Shown here: piece after piece, positions 9,110 through 19,624 of the stretch
Layout of the letters: every line of letters begins with the position of its first letter
Numbering within the stretch: position 1 is the first letter of the stretch
DNA from: Thermodesulfobacteriota bacterium
GTDB lineage: Bacteria; Desulfobacterota; Desulfobacteria; Desulfobacterales; C00003060
Assembly: GCA_034189385.1 (NCBI GenBank)
Contig: JAXHVD010000008.1
Coordinates: 1 to 64,000 of the forward strand
Direction: 5' to 3'
Length of the DNA: 64,000 nt
The notes under the pieces: generated by a model
What the model saw: the letters and a program-made list of their open reading frames with translations, nothing else
The model's database searches: none
Told to the model about the DNA's origin: nothing
Program-made: the position numbers and the translations under genes

Positions 9110-10459
9110 GTGTCTATGGCTGCTGAGTCATTAGCCACCTTCCCGATGGGAGGAATCCACCCTCCGGAAGGAAAGGAACTGACGGAGCGTCTTGCTGTGG
9201 AGGTGATGCCACCTCCTTCAAGGGTGCACCTTTTCTTGAAGCAACACATCGGCGCACCCTGCGAGGCCTTGGTGAAGAAAAAGGCTAAGGTGGGGGAAGG
9301 CGACGTGGTTGCATCGGTGAAGGAGGGCTTGGGTGCCAACCTCCATGCCAGCATTACGGGTACGGTGAAAGGTGTCCAAAACACGCTCCACCCTATGGTG
9401 GGCAATGCGCCCGCCCTGGTGATCTCAGCAGACCCCAATGGACAGGCCAGGTCCTTTTCTCCAGTCGATTGGGCGTCCTTTTCCAAAGAAGAACTTCTGG
9501 CCAAAATCAAAGATGCAGGTGTTGTAGGTATGGGCGGGGCGGGATTTCCCGCAGGCGTGAAGCTGACGATTCGGCCCGGCGTGAAGCTTGACACCCTTAT
9601 CCTAAATGGTGCGGAGTGCGAACCCTGCCTGACAAGTGACCACCGTCTCATGGTGGAGCACGCCAGGGAGATTGTGGAAGGCGCTAAGATCATCTTGAAG
9701 ATCCTTGGCATCGGCTATTGTGCCATCGCCATCGAAGACAACAAGAGGGACGCCATCGAAAGCCTGAATAGGGTCATCTCTGAGGATGGATCTGAAAACG
9801 GATTGAACATCATGGTAAAGCCCCTTCAAGTCCGGTATCCGCAGGGGGCCTCAGACCAGCTCATGGAGGCGATCACGGGCCGGGTGCGACCTGCGGGCGT
9901 GCGCTCTTCGGCCATCGGCATCATCGTCCAAAATGTCCATACCACAAAGGCGATCTACGACGCTGTGGCCCTGGGCAAGCCCCTTTATGAGAGAATCGTC
10001 ACCATTACGGGCAAGGGAATCAAGCGGCCTGCCAATCTCATGGTGCGGGTGGGGACCAGTGTAGCCGACATCGTGGACTATTTGGGCGGGACCACCCCGG
10101 ATTTGGCCAAGGTGGTGATCGGGGGGCCGATGATGGGCTTTGCCGTTTCCAGCTTCCATATTCCCATTACCAAGATTACATCAGCCGTGCTCTTTCTTAC
10201 TGAGGAAGAGATCGACACGCAGTCCCATTATCCCTGCATTCGATGCGGGTTTTGCGTGAACGTTTGTCCCATGGGTCTTGAGCCGAACAATGTGAGCATC
10301 TACGTGGAGGCAGGACGTGGGGCCGATACGGAACCATTTGGGGTGGATGACTGTTATCTCTGCGGCTGCTGTGCCTATGTGTGCCCTGCAAAGAGACCGC
10401 TCGTGCAGTTTATGACGCTGGCAAAGAACGCCCTTGATGAGGCAAGGAGAAGGCCCTAG
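9110..10459 (+). CDS. rnfC: Rnf complex subunit C
   Basis: GGIHPPE.K, QHIGAP, GMGGAGFP, NGAECEP, GGPMMG and two CxxCxxCxxxCP motifs. Confidence 0.95.
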   Translation: MSMAAESLATFPMGGIHPPEGKELTERLAVEVMPPPSRVHLFLKQHIGAPCEALVKKKAKVGEGDVVASVKEGLGANLHASITGTVKGVQNTLHPMVGNAPALVISADPNGQARSFSPVDWASFSKEELLAKIKDAGVVGMGGAGFPAGVKLTIRPGVKLDTLILNGAECEPCLTSDHRLMVEHAREIVEGAKIILKILGIGYCAIAIEDNKRDAIESLNRVISEDGSENGLNIMVKPLQVRYPQGASDQLMEAITGRVRPAGVRSSAIGIIVQNVHTTKAIYDAVALGKPLYERIVTITGKGIKRPANLMVRVGTSVADIVDYLGGTTPDLAKVVIGGPMMGFAVSSFHIPITKITSAVLFLTEEEIDTQSHYPCIRCGFCVNVCPMGLEPNNVSIYVEAGRGADTEPFGVDDCYLCGCCAYVCPAKRPLVQFMTLAKNALDEARRRP

Positions 10460-10468
10460 GCCCTGCAA

Positions 10469-11557
10469 GTGAAGAAAAGGAGCATGAGGCAACCACCAGC
10501 AGGAAGTCCTGTAGAAGAGGCAGCCGGAGCCGTGGGCCCAAGATGGTTTGTCTCTGTTTCGCCTCATATTAAGAGCCCTGTGACGGTGTCCAGGATCATG
10601 TGGACCGTGGTGGCCTGCCTCCTGCCCCCCCTTGTGTTGTCTGTCTTCATCTTTGGGTTTCAAACCCTGATGATCACCTTGGTCAGTGTGGCAAGCTGCG
10701 TGGCCACCGAGGCCATATCGAATAGGTGCTTGGGGCGGCCTGTTTCCACGATCAAAGACGGCAGTGCCGTGATCACGGGCCTGCTTTTGGCCTATGTGAT
10801 CCCGCCTGGCGTGTCCTACTGGATGCCTGTTCTGGGCAGCGTGGTCGCCATCTATGTCACCAAGGTCCTCATGGGCGGCATCGGGTTCAACATATTCAAC
10901 CCTGCCCTGATCGGCCGAGCCTTTCTGGTGGCCACCTATCCCGTGGCCATGACCTCGGCCTGGCTGGAACCGATCCGGGACGCATCGATCTTCAAGTATA
11001 TGGGATCGGGTGTGGACGCCGTGTCTATGGCTACCCCGCTCTATGTTCTGAAACACTACGGCATGGAAGGGGTCATCGAAAGGTTTGGGTCCTTGTCGGT
11101 CATCTACAAGGATTTCTTTTTCGGCTGGAGGCCTGGTTGCATTGCAGAAACCTCAGCCCTCCTCTTGATGGCCGGCGGGGCCTATCTCCTCTATAAAAGA
11201 TATATCACGTGGCATATCCCGGTGTCGGTGATCGCCTCTGTGGCCTTCTTTACCTGGGTTTTTGGCGGAGAAACACTCTTTACGGGCAGGCCCTTGCTGG
11301 CCCTATTGTCCGGAGGGGTGATGCTCGGGGCCATCTACATGGCCACGGACTACGTCACCTCCCCCACGCAGAAGACGGGGCAATTGCTCTATGGCGTGGG
11401 CATCGGTGCCCTCACCGTCCTGATCCGGTTGAAAGGCGGCTATCCAGAGGGGGTCTGCTACGCCATTTTACTCATGAACGCCCTGACGCCTGCCCTTGAC
11501 AATTGGTTGAAACCGAAACGCTTCGCTTCCCAACTAGAAAAAGGCGTCTTTTCGTGA
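10469..11557 (+). CDS. rnfD: Rnf complex subunit D
   Basis: SPHI, NIFNPALIGR, DAVSMATPL (FMN Thr), MATDYVTSP and GGYPEGV. Confidence 0.95.
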   Translation: MKKRSMRQPPAGSPVEEAAGAVGPRWFVSVSPHIKSPVTVSRIMWTVVACLLPPLVLSVFIFGFQTLMITLVSVASCVATEAISNRCLGRPVSTIKDGSAVITGLLLAYVIPPGVSYWMPVLGSVVAIYVTKVLMGGIGFNIFNPALIGRAFLVATYPVAMTSAWLEPIRDASIFKYMGSGVDAVSMATPLYVLKHYGMEGVIERFGSLSVIYKDFFFGWRPGCIAETSALLLMAGGAYLLYKRYITWHIPVSVIASVAFFTWVFGGETLFTGRPLLALLSGGVMLGAIYMATDYVTSPTQKTGQLLYGVGIGALTVLIRLKGGYPEGVCYAILLMNALTPALDNWLKPKRFASQLEKGVFS

Positions 11558-12468
11558 AAGAGATCCTGCGTATTACGATCGCCCTGACCCTTTCTTGCCT
11601 GATCGCCGCAACGGTCATGGGACTGGCCTTTGTGATGACGGCCAAGGCCAAGAAGCACAACGAAGATCTGTACATGCAAGAGACGATGCTCGGACTCCTT
11701 GGATACTCCAAGGCCCGTCCCGCTCCGTCAGACCTGAGGTTTTATGGGGTATACCGTTACATCATTGCAGACGGCGACAGAAGGTTTCTGGGGTACATGG
11801 TCCCCGTGAAAAGGGGTGGGGAGCAGAATTATGCCTTGGTGGTCATGGATTTGAAGGGGCGCTTCGTAGAGACGATGGACCTTTCCATCTCCCCAGAGGC
11901 CGCTGGTGACGCGCCGGAGCGGGAAAAGGCCCTAAGGGTGGCATTGGGGCCGCCAAAGGCCGTTACCTATGGCGACACCACCATCATCGCCAAGCGGGGA
12001 GAGAGACGACTGGCTTACCTGCTGCCTGGTTCGTTCCCAGGTTTTAAGACCTTTATCTCGATCATGCTGGCCCTCGATCCCAGCTTCAAGGTCCTGGGCC
12101 TGGAGATCATGGAGCACGAGGAAGACCCCGGGCTAGGTGCGGAGATCGAAGAGGAGTATTTCAAGCATCAGTTCAAGGGGAAGACCTTTGAAAGGATCAA
12201 GACGATCGATGTCGTCAGAGAGCCCCTGCCGGAGCAGTACAAGAAGTACCTGGAGCGTTCAACCTGGCAAGAAGGTGCCTTTACGGAAGAAGAGATTGAA
12301 GAGATAGGAAGGACCTACGAGGACAAGGACATCTATGCGATCACAGGTGCTACGATTTCCAGCAAATCCGTGTCCGATGGGGTCAGGAATATGACGAAGC
12401 GGTTCTCCTACCGGATGGGAAGCCTTGATCGTGTCATTGCCAGTCAAGGCGTGGAGGTCCTATTTTGA
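11554..12468 (+). CDS. rnfG: Rnf complex subunit G (long form)
   Basis: N-terminal TM, E.PGLGA.I and ITGATIS FMNylation motif; GTGA overlap with rnfD. Confidence 0.9.
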   Translation: MKEILRITIALTLSCLIAATVMGLAFVMTAKAKKHNEDLYMQETMLGLLGYSKARPAPSDLRFYGVYRYIIADGDRRFLGYMVPVKRGGEQNYALVVMDLKGRFVETMDLSISPEAAGDAPEREKALRVALGPPKAVTYGDTTIIAKRGERRLAYLLPGSFPGFKTFISIMLALDPSFKVLGLEIMEHEEDPGLGAEIEEEYFKHQFKGKTFERIKTIDVVREPLPEQYKKYLERSTWQEGAFTEEEIEEIGRTYEDKDIYAITGATISSKSVSDGVRNMTKRFSYRMGSLDRVIASQGVEVLF

Positions 12469-12477
12469 GGAAAGAGA

Positions 12478-13101
12478 GTGGCAGCTAGGACAAAGACGAA
12501 TAAAGAGCTCTTCTTTAACGGCATCTTGAACGAAAATCCGATTTTTCGTCTGGCCCTTTCCATGTGCCCGGCCGTGGGGATCAGCACGACCGTCATGAAC
12601 GGGCTCCTTCTTGGCATGGCCGTCCTTTTCGTGCAGGTCTTTTCGAGTTGCACCATCGCCCTCATCAAGGACTACATCCACCCCAGAATCCGGATACCCA
12701 CCTATACGCTCACGATTGCCACCTGGGTGACGGTCATTGACTTGGTCCTGGCAGCCTATGTGCCGGTGGCCTACAAGGCCATGGGGATCTTTGTGAAGCT
12801 TATCGTGGCCTTTGCCATCATCACCATGCGCCTTGAGATGTTTGCTTCCAAGAATTCTGTCACGGCCTCTTTCTGCGATGGCCTTGGCATGGGGCTGGGG
12901 TTCATGTTCGCCATGATGACCCTGGGTTTTGTCCGGGAGCTTCTGGGAATGGGGACGGTGCTGGGATATGATGTGCTGGGCTTTTGCCCCCTTCTTTTCT
13001 TTGTCCTCCCGTCGGCCGGTTTCTTTGTCGTGGGCCTGATGATGGCGATGTTTAACTACATAGAGATCGTTTACAACCGACGGAAAAAGGTCAAAAGATA
13101 A
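12478..13101 (+). CDS. rnfE: Rnf complex subunit E
   Basis: NGILNENPIF..LSMCP, IRIP, DGLGMGLGF and RELLG. Confidence 0.93.
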   Translation: MAARTKTNKELFFNGILNENPIFRLALSMCPAVGISTTVMNGLLLGMAVLFVQVFSSCTIALIKDYIHPRIRIPTYTLTIATWVTVIDLVLAAYVPVAYKAMGIFVKLIVAFAIITMRLEMFASKNSVTASFCDGLGMGLGFMFAMMTLGFVRELLGMGTVLGYDVLGFCPLLFFVLPSAGFFVVGLMMAMFNYIEIVYNRRKKVKR

Positions 13102-14061
13102 ATGAAAGAAAGGATGCGCCATCTCACGCTCACAGGTTTGCTTCTGGTGGCCATTCTTGTCTCGGTGGGATGCGATACGGGGCACCGCTTTGTCAAGAAG
13201 ACGGAATTCAAGGACGGGGAGACAATTGTCATCACCTTTGCCGGACCTGTGGACGAGGCTTGGGCAAAGGAGAAGGCCAACTATGCGGTCTACGAGGAAC
13301 CAGACCCGGATATCCTGTTGCCTATCAAGGAGATTCGTCTAAGTCCCGACAGGACCAAGGTGACACTTAGCTTTGACGATGGGCTGAACACGAGACAGGC
13401 CCACGTCTTAAAGACGAAAGAGATGCTGTCTGAAGGCAGGTCTCAGGGGACAGCGGTCCTGACGGTGAAGAAGCTCTATTTCGGGCTGCTCCTTTCCATT
13501 TTCATCGGGGCCATGCTGGTCAACAATTTTGTCTTTACCAAGTATCTGGGCCTGTGTGTATTTTTTGGCACCTCCCAGCGGAAGTCAACGGCTGTGGGCA
13601 TGGGCATCACCTTTACCATTGTGATCGTCTTTGCCGCCATGATGGCGTGGGCCCTGTACCAGTTTGTGCTCAAACCCTTCCAACTCACGTTTTTGAACAT
13701 CGTGGTCTTTATCGGTCTTGTATCGCTCTCTGTCCAGGCAGTGGACACGATCCTCAGGAAGGTCAACCCTGCCCTGTTCAAGGCCTTTGGGGTCTATCTC
13801 GTTCTGGTCATTGCAAATTGCATTGCTATTGCCGTGCCCTTGATCTTGGCAGACAATGAATACACAGGCCCGGAGAGTTTTATGCTGGCCCTTGGGGCCG
13901 GTCTGGGATTTCTTGTGGCCCTTTTCTTGATGTCTTCTGCCCGCGAGAGGCTGGAACTGGCCAATGTGCCGCCCTCATTCAGAGGGCTCCCCATTGCCTT
14001 TATCGTTGCAGGGCTCTTTGCCCTGGCCTTTTTGGGTTTTTCCGGCATGTCCATCCATTGA
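13102..14061 (+). CDS. rnfA: Rnf complex subunit A with N-terminal lipoprotein/Ig-like extension
   Basis: The C-terminal ~190 aa carry VNNFVFTKYLGLC, GVYL.LVIANC and P.SFRGLPIA. The first ~125 aa are extra. Confidence 0.9.
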   Translation: MKERMRHLTLTGLLLVAILVSVGCDTGHRFVKKTEFKDGETIVITFAGPVDEAWAKEKANYAVYEEPDPDILLPIKEIRLSPDRTKVTLSFDDGLNTRQAHVLKTKEMLSEGRSQGTAVLTVKKLYFGLLLSIFIGAMLVNNFVFTKYLGLCVFFGTSQRKSTAVGMGITFTIVIVFAAMMAWALYQFVLKPFQLTFLNIVVFIGLVSLSVQAVDTILRKVNPALFKAFGVYLVLVIANCIAIAVPLILADNEYTGPESFMLALGAGLGFLVALFLMSSARERLELANVPPSFRGLPIAFIVAGLFALAFLGFSGMSIH

Positions 14062-14102
14062 GGAGGGGTTGTGCAAAGGCCTCATAAGAATATGGAGTGC
14101 CC

Positions 14103-14972
14103 ATGGATCCGGCGTTAATCAAACTGGCCCTTGGCGGTCTGGCCGTTTTGGGCTGCATCGGGCTCTTTTTCGGTATCGGCCTGGGCCTGGCGGCCCACAA
14201 ATTCGCCATTCAGATCAACCCCAAGGTGGAAGAAGTCATCGAGGTCCTGGCAGGGGCCCAATGAGGTGCCTGCGGCTTCCCAGGGTGTGAAGCTTACGCG
14301 GAGGCGGTGGTAAACGACCCCGATGTCCCGCCAAACCTGTGCTTTCCCGGTAAGGAGGAGGTTGCAGAGGCCGTGGCCGCCATCACGGGCAAAGCGGCGG
14401 GGGCCGCGGAAGCCCTGGTGGCGGTGGTGCACTGTTCCAGGGTCCAGGGGGGTGTGCACAAGAAGTATAAGTACACCGGCCACCAAACCTGCGCTGGGGC
14501 CAGCCTGGCATTTGCCGGTCCCATGGGGTGCCAATACGGTTGTCTTGGTTTTGGAGATTGCGCGGCCGCGTGTCCCTTTGACGCCCTTCACATGGTAAAG
14601 GGCTTTCCAGTGGTAGATCCAGAGGCCTGTGTGGCCTGCGGCAATTGTGTGCATGCCTGTCCCAAGGAGCTTATCAAGCTCATTCCCAGAAACGCCCGCG
14701 TGATCATCCCGTGCAGCACGAAGGATAGCCCCAAGGTGACCATGTCCGTCTGCAAGGTGGGGTGTCTGCACAACAGGGCCTGCATCAGGAAATGCCCGGC
14801 CAACGCCATCTCCGAGGTGGACGGGGTCGTGACTGTAGATCAGAAAAAGTGCATCGCCTACGGCCCGGCCTGTAAGGAAGTCTGTCTCTCTGCCTGTAAG
14901 AAAGTCCATATACTCCAACCCATGAGTCTTGAGGGAACCTATAAGAGGCTCACAGAAGCGGCGGCCGCCTAG
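14103..14972 (+). CDS. rnfB: Rnf complex subunit B, selenoprotein (Sec54, TGA 14262-14264)
   Basis: Read-through gives MDPALIKLALGGLAVLG...LAGAQ-U-GACGFPGC...CFPG, where U replaces the first Cys of the RnfB CxxCxxxxC motif. A hairpin follows the TGA. Confidence 0.9.
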
Positions 14973-14989
14973 GATTCAAGGAGAAGACC

Positions 14990-16030
14990 ATGTCTCGGCA
15001 ACAGAATAACGGCGAGGAGATGGATCGAAGGACCTTTCTAAAATACTCCGGTGTGCTGGGCCTGGGGGTGGCCTTTGGCGGGCTGATGCCTACGTCCGAA
15101 TGCGTGGCCTTTAACAGGAAGCTCTGGAAGGTGACCCGCACCCGCCTTTCCATGGGGACCTTTTGCGCCATTACCCTCATGCATGGGTCCAGGGCTGAAG
15201 CAGATGACGTGATCGGAAAGACCTTTGAAGAAATGGATCGCGTAAGTCGGCTGCTTAATCGCTATGAATCGGACTCCCTCGTGGCAGTACTGAATCGGGA
15301 GGGCCTGCTTTGCCACACGCCACGGGAGGTGTCTGACGTGATCGGCCGATCGCTCTATTTTCACCAAGCAAGCGGTGGTGCCTTTGACATTACCGTAAAG
15401 CCCGTGGTGGATCTGTACAAGGCGCATTTTGAGGCCCACAAGACCCCTCCCCCCGAGGCCCAGGTGGCCCGGGTCCTAAACCTGGTGGATGCCCGCGGGG
15501 TCCAGCTTGACGGCCGGACCGTACGATTGGCGAAAGAGGGGATGGGCATTACCTTGGACGGCATTGCCAAGGGATATGTCATCGACTGCGGGGCCAGGGT
15601 TATGAAGGGGTACGGTATTCAACACGCCCTTATCAATGCCGGAGGCGACATTCGGGCCATCGGGGGAAGGAAAAGCAACATCCCGTGGAAAGTGGCTGTT
15701 CAAGATCCTAAAAAGACAGGGCCTTATGCGGAGACCCTCGCCATGATGGACGGTGCCATCGCCACGTCAGGCAATTATGAACTCTATTTTGACCAAGAAA
15801 AGCTCTATCATCACATCGTGGACCCGAAAACAGGCCACTGTCCTGTTGAAAGCACCAGTGTGACCGTGATGACTCAAAACGCCATGGATGCCGATGCCCT
15901 TTCCACAAGCGTCTTTGTGCTGGGCCCCGGCGAGGGGAAGCGTTTTGTCGAGACCATAGCCGACACGGAATGCCTCATCCTGGACTCGAGGGAGCAAAAG
16001 GTGATGTCCAATGGATGGCCGTCGGGCTGA
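14990..16030 (+). CDS. apbE: FAD:protein FMN transferase ApbE with Tat signal
   Basis: DRRTFLK; GAFDITV, LDGIAKGY, INAGGDI, ATSGNYE, HHIVDPKTG and ADALST. Confidence 0.93.
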   Translation: MSRQQNNGEEMDRRTFLKYSGVLGLGVAFGGLMPTSECVAFNRKLWKVTRTRLSMGTFCAITLMHGSRAEADDVIGKTFEEMDRVSRLLNRYESDSLVAVLNREGLLCHTPREVSDVIGRSLYFHQASGGAFDITVKPVVDLYKAHFEAHKTPPPEAQVARVLNLVDARGVQLDGRTVRLAKEGMGITLDGIAKGYVIDCGARVMKGYGIQHALINAGGDIRAIGGRKSNIPWKVAVQDPKKTGPYAETLAMMDGAIATSGNYELYFDQEKLYHHIVDPKTGHCPVESTSVTVMTQNAMDADALSTSVFVLGPGEGKRFVETIADTECLILDSREQKVMSNGWPSG

Positions 16031-16198
16031 AGCGGGTTTGTCCTTGTGTGCAGACCCGTGAGCCTGGATGTGGAGACATGGTATCTGCAGTTTCGTTCAT
16101 AGTTCACATCACCGCATGGTTGAGGACTTGAACCCCTTTTTCTGTTTTACTGTATTGGAGAAAACGGAGGGAGGGGGAGAAGAAAAGGAAAGGCTGAC

Positions 16199-16615
16199 AT
16201 GGATTACGCTCACATGACCGCTCCTTGCGGACTGGATTGTTTTAACTGCCCCATGTATCTGGCAGCTGAGAACCAGGATCTAAAAGAGGCTGTTGCGAAG
16301 AATCTGGGCATCCCTGTGGAAAAGGCCGTCTGTAAAGGCTGTAGAAACGAAAATGGCACCATAGCCTTTTTAAATAAGACGGAACCCTGCAATGTCTACA
16401 AGTGCATAGGGCAAAAGAAGATCGAGTTTTGTTGTGATTGCTCGGACTTCCCATGTGATTATCTCCATCCCTATGCAGATAAAGCCAATGAGGTTCCCCA
16501 TAATACGAAGGTATTCAACTTGTGCTTGATCAAAAAGATGGGATTGGAAGCCTGGGCAAGAGACAAGGCAAGAAGTGTCAAAAGGACCTATTTCAAAGGA
16601 CGATGGAAAATCTAG
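16199..16615 (+). CDS. DUF3795-family Cys-rich protein
   Basis: APCGLDCFNCP...CKGCR...C..YKC...FCCDCSDFPC pattern. Confidence 0.8.
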   Translation: MDYAHMTAPCGLDCFNCPMYLAAENQDLKEAVAKNLGIPVEKAVCKGCRNENGTIAFLNKTEPCNVYKCIGQKKIEFCCDCSDFPCDYLHPYADKANEVPHNTKVFNLCLIKKMGLEAWARDKARSVKRTYFKGRWKI

Positions 16616-16665
16616 GTGCAAGAATCGACTGCCAGATGGCAGCCACATGGGGGGGCCAGGTTGCG

Positions 16666-17478
16666 TCAGACGCGTTTTCTCTTATCATCCAGGGTGTGGC
16701 TTAGATATTGGTGCACCAGCTCCTCTGGGACGAGGCTTGGAGCACTTGTGATCACCTCGATACCCTCTTGCCCCAAGAGGGCGAGTGCCCGGTGGCCCAT
16801 GCGTCCTGCAATAATCACTTCCACGCCCAGTTGATGAAGCCAGTGTGGCAACAGTCCCGGCTCGTGGGATGGCGGAGTCAACAGGTTTTTCCGCGTTATT
16901 TCTTGGTTTTCCACTTGGACAATGGCGAATTGCGGCGCATGGCCAAAATGGGCTGCCAGAGATCCTTCGGCCACGGGAATGGCGATCGTCATGGCTGTGG
17001 CCCCTTCCTTCTTGCCTTTTTCCCGGATAGATGATGTTGCCACAGAGATGGTCGCCTGAGCGGCCTCCACGATTTTTGCCACCCGTGAACGGCCCGGCAT
17101 CAAGAAGTGTGGCTCGCCGAGGCGGCCGGATATAAAGCCTTGGAGCACGTCCTCAATCTGGCCGGCGATTCCGTCAATGACGCGGATGCCTGCACCTTCG
17201 AGCATGTTATCCAGGACCTCGCTGATGCCGGCACAGATCAATGTCGTCACGCCCGCCCGTTGCAGGGCGGCCACCCGTTCAGATGGCCAGAGGCCGTAGA
17301 CACGGAGCTCACTCTTTTTCTCGTAGTGATCACCCTCGACGTCGAAGGTAAGGACACGAAGACACGCGTCAAAGACAGGGGCAATGCGCCGTTGAAATAC
17401 GGGTATGGCCACCCTGGTCACGTGGGTTGTATCGGTTTTCGCTGTTTCTGTAAGGGATGCTTCCACAACCTCTCTCAC
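16666..17478 (-). CDS. Tandem NifB/NifX-family domain protein
   Basis: Domain 1 RIAPVFD...LICAGI; domain 2 AHFGHA...H.PG..P.WL. Confidence 0.8.
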   Translation of the reverse strand: MREVVEASLTETAKTDTTHVTRVAIPVFQRRIAPVFDACLRVLTFDVEGDHYEKKSELRVYGLWPSERVAALQRAGVTTLICAGISEVLDNMLEGAGIRVIDGIAGQIEDVLQGFISGRLGEPHFLMPGRSRVAKIVEAAQATISVATSSIREKGKKEGATAMTIAIPVAEGSLAAHFGHAPQFAIVQVENQEITRKNLLTPPSHEPGLLPHWLHQLGVEVIIAGRMGHRALALLGQEGIEVITSAPSLVPEELVHQYLSHTLDDKRKRV

Positions 17479-17796
17479 TGATTCATAAGCGCTTTTGATC
17501 CATCCCCATCCATCTACCCCCTTGGTAACGTTTAAAAGTCAGGGCAAACCCTCTTAGCAGGCAGCTAAAAGGATAGGGGGGATCGCTGAACGTAGGCATA
17601 GAGCCATCTCCCTCGACACCAATGGGATGGGCAACTCAAAGGCATTGGATGCCGAAGAGAAGCGATTCGCCCTATCCGGAATGTCTATTCAGAAAGAGGC
17701 GATGTCACATTCTAAACGTTACGAACCCCTTTGGTTTGTGTCGCCAGACCGCTGACCAGACAATGGCAAAGGTCTTGTTTGCCAATCTAAAGGTGA

Positions 17797-17959
17797 GCAA
17801 TAGCCATGCCATAACCATGCGGGTTGTCTTGTTATTTCATAAGGGACTACAAATACAAGGCATTGAGGATGAGACATTCCTGCAAATAATCAAGGGAGGA
17901 AGATGCCCAGTGGGAACAAAATGAATCATTAGATGCTTGAAAAGGAACAATTTGAACCG
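17797..17959 (-). promoter_or_regulatory. sigma54 promoter (17797-17811) plus two candidate enhancer boxes (17912-17928, 17943-17959)
   Basis: Minus strand TGGCATGGCTATTGC (GG-N10-GC); boxes GGGAACAAAATGAATCA and AGGAACAATTTGAACCG. Confidence 0.7.
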
Positions 17960-18179
17960 TCACTCTGTTTCCAAGGAGCCGTCGCTGGCCTCTTCGTTGA
18001 CAGATTCTACGTATTTTGTTACCCTTATAGATACTGCATCCCCACCCTGTTGCATTCTTGCCATGGGATATGGCGGTGCCGATTTTACGGGGTGAAGCTG
18101 TGCGGCGTATAAGTACCTAGCATTACTGGCAAGCGTTTCCACGTCTAACGTCTTTCAGGTCACAATAGGGAAAGATTGA

Positions 18180-19520
18180 ATGGAATCACGCAAGCTGGGC
18201 ATTGGACATGGTCAGATTATCCTGGACAGCATTGCTGACGGGGTCTTCACGGTGGATTTGGAATGGCGAATTACCTCCTTCAACAAAGCTGCTGAAGGGA
18301 TCACGGGAATTCCGCGTGAAGAGGCCATTGGTCAGCCTTGTTGTGAAGTACTAAGGGCCAATGTCTGTGAGGACGGTTGTGTGCTACGCCGGACCATGGG
18401 CAGTGGAAAGCCCATTCGAAACATGCCCGTTCACATCATCCGTGCGGACAAGAAGGTCATCCCTGTGAGTGTGAATACGACCCTGTTAAGGGATGAGGAG
18501 GGCCAGGTGATAGGTGGTGTGGAAACCTTCAGCGATTTGACCTTGGTCCATGAACTGCGCAAAGAGCTTCGCAAGGGGCATTCCTTCGGCGATATTGTCA
18601 GCAAGAATCAAAAGATGCTGGAGCTTTTTTCAATACTGCCTCACATTGCCCAGAGTAATAGCACGGTCATGATTGAAGGGGCCAGCGGCACCGGCAAGGA
18701 ACTCATAGCCAGGGCCATTCATAATGGGAGCTTGCGGAAGCAAGGGCCTTTTGTGGCCGTAAACTGCGGCGCAGTGCCTGAAACCTTGATCGAATCGGAG
18801 CTTTTTGGATATAGGGCCGGGGCTTTTACGGACGCCAAAGGGAATAAGCCGGGCCGATTTGCCCTGGCAGAAGATGGGACCCTCTTTTTGGATGAAATTG
18901 GGGACATCTCGCAGGCGGCCCAGGTGCGGCTTCTTCGGGTCCTGGAACAGAAGGTATACGAACCATTGGGCTCTACCAAGCCTGTGAAGACGAATGCGAG
19001 GGTGATCACGGCAACCCATTGCAACGTGGAGGAGATGGTTCAACAGGGTACGTTCAGAGAAGATTTATACTACCGCATTAATGTGGTGAGACTATCCCTC
19101 CCACCCCTGTCGGAACGAAAAGGCGATATCCCCCTCCTGGTGGACCACTTCTTGGATCGCTTCAACCATCTGACAGGAAAACATTGCGTCGGTCTCTCGT
19201 CAGAAGCCATGGCCACCCTCATGCTTTGCGAATGGCCTGGAAATGTGCGCGAACTTGAAAACGCCATCGAAAGCGCCTTTGTCCTTTGCCAGGGAGAACT
19301 GATTGAACAGCGCCACCTGCCCAAAGAGCTGATTCCTCAAGACCGATCTGGGGTTGTCAGTACCGGTTTGACGCTTAAAGAGGCAGAAAGGCGTACCATT
19401 GAGGAAGCCCTTGAGAGGAATCATTGGAGAAAAGTCACAACAGCCCGCGAACTGGGGATCGATAAGAATAGCCTTCGTCGAAAGATAAAGCGCCTCGGCA
19501 TTGTGAGACCTTCCGACTGA
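18180..19520 (+). CDS. PAS-domain sigma54-dependent activator (bEBP), paralog 1
   Basis: PAS, GASGTGKE, ESELFG..GAFTDA, LFLDEIGD, WPGNVREL and a Fis HTH. Confidence 0.95.
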   Translation: MESRKLGIGHGQIILDSIADGVFTVDLEWRITSFNKAAEGITGIPREEAIGQPCCEVLRANVCEDGCVLRRTMGSGKPIRNMPVHIIRADKKVIPVSVNTTLLRDEEGQVIGGVETFSDLTLVHELRKELRKGHSFGDIVSKNQKMLELFSILPHIAQSNSTVMIEGASGTGKELIARAIHNGSLRKQGPFVAVNCGAVPETLIESELFGYRAGAFTDAKGNKPGRFALAEDGTLFLDEIGDISQAAQVRLLRVLEQKVYEPLGSTKPVKTNARVITATHCNVEEMVQQGTFREDLYYRINVVRLSLPPLSERKGDIPLLVDHFLDRFNHLTGKHCVGLSSEAMATLMLCEWPGNVRELENAIESAFVLCQGELIEQRHLPKELIPQDRSGVVSTGLTLKEAERRTIEEALERNHWRKVTTARELGIDKNSLRRKIKRLGIVRPSD

Positions 19521-19624
19521 CCCCGCCACCCTCTATTCCCGCTGAGCACTTGTCGTTCATTGGCAGCTTCGTTGCCTTGGATCTGCCCCTATTTGAACCA
19601 GTGTCTTTGCACTGGGGAAAATGC

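Noticed and set aside
16616..16668. Sec read-through at the tandem NifX gene stop
   Set aside because: No convincing SECIS; the tail looks more like a frameshifted ENxCDH-type end.
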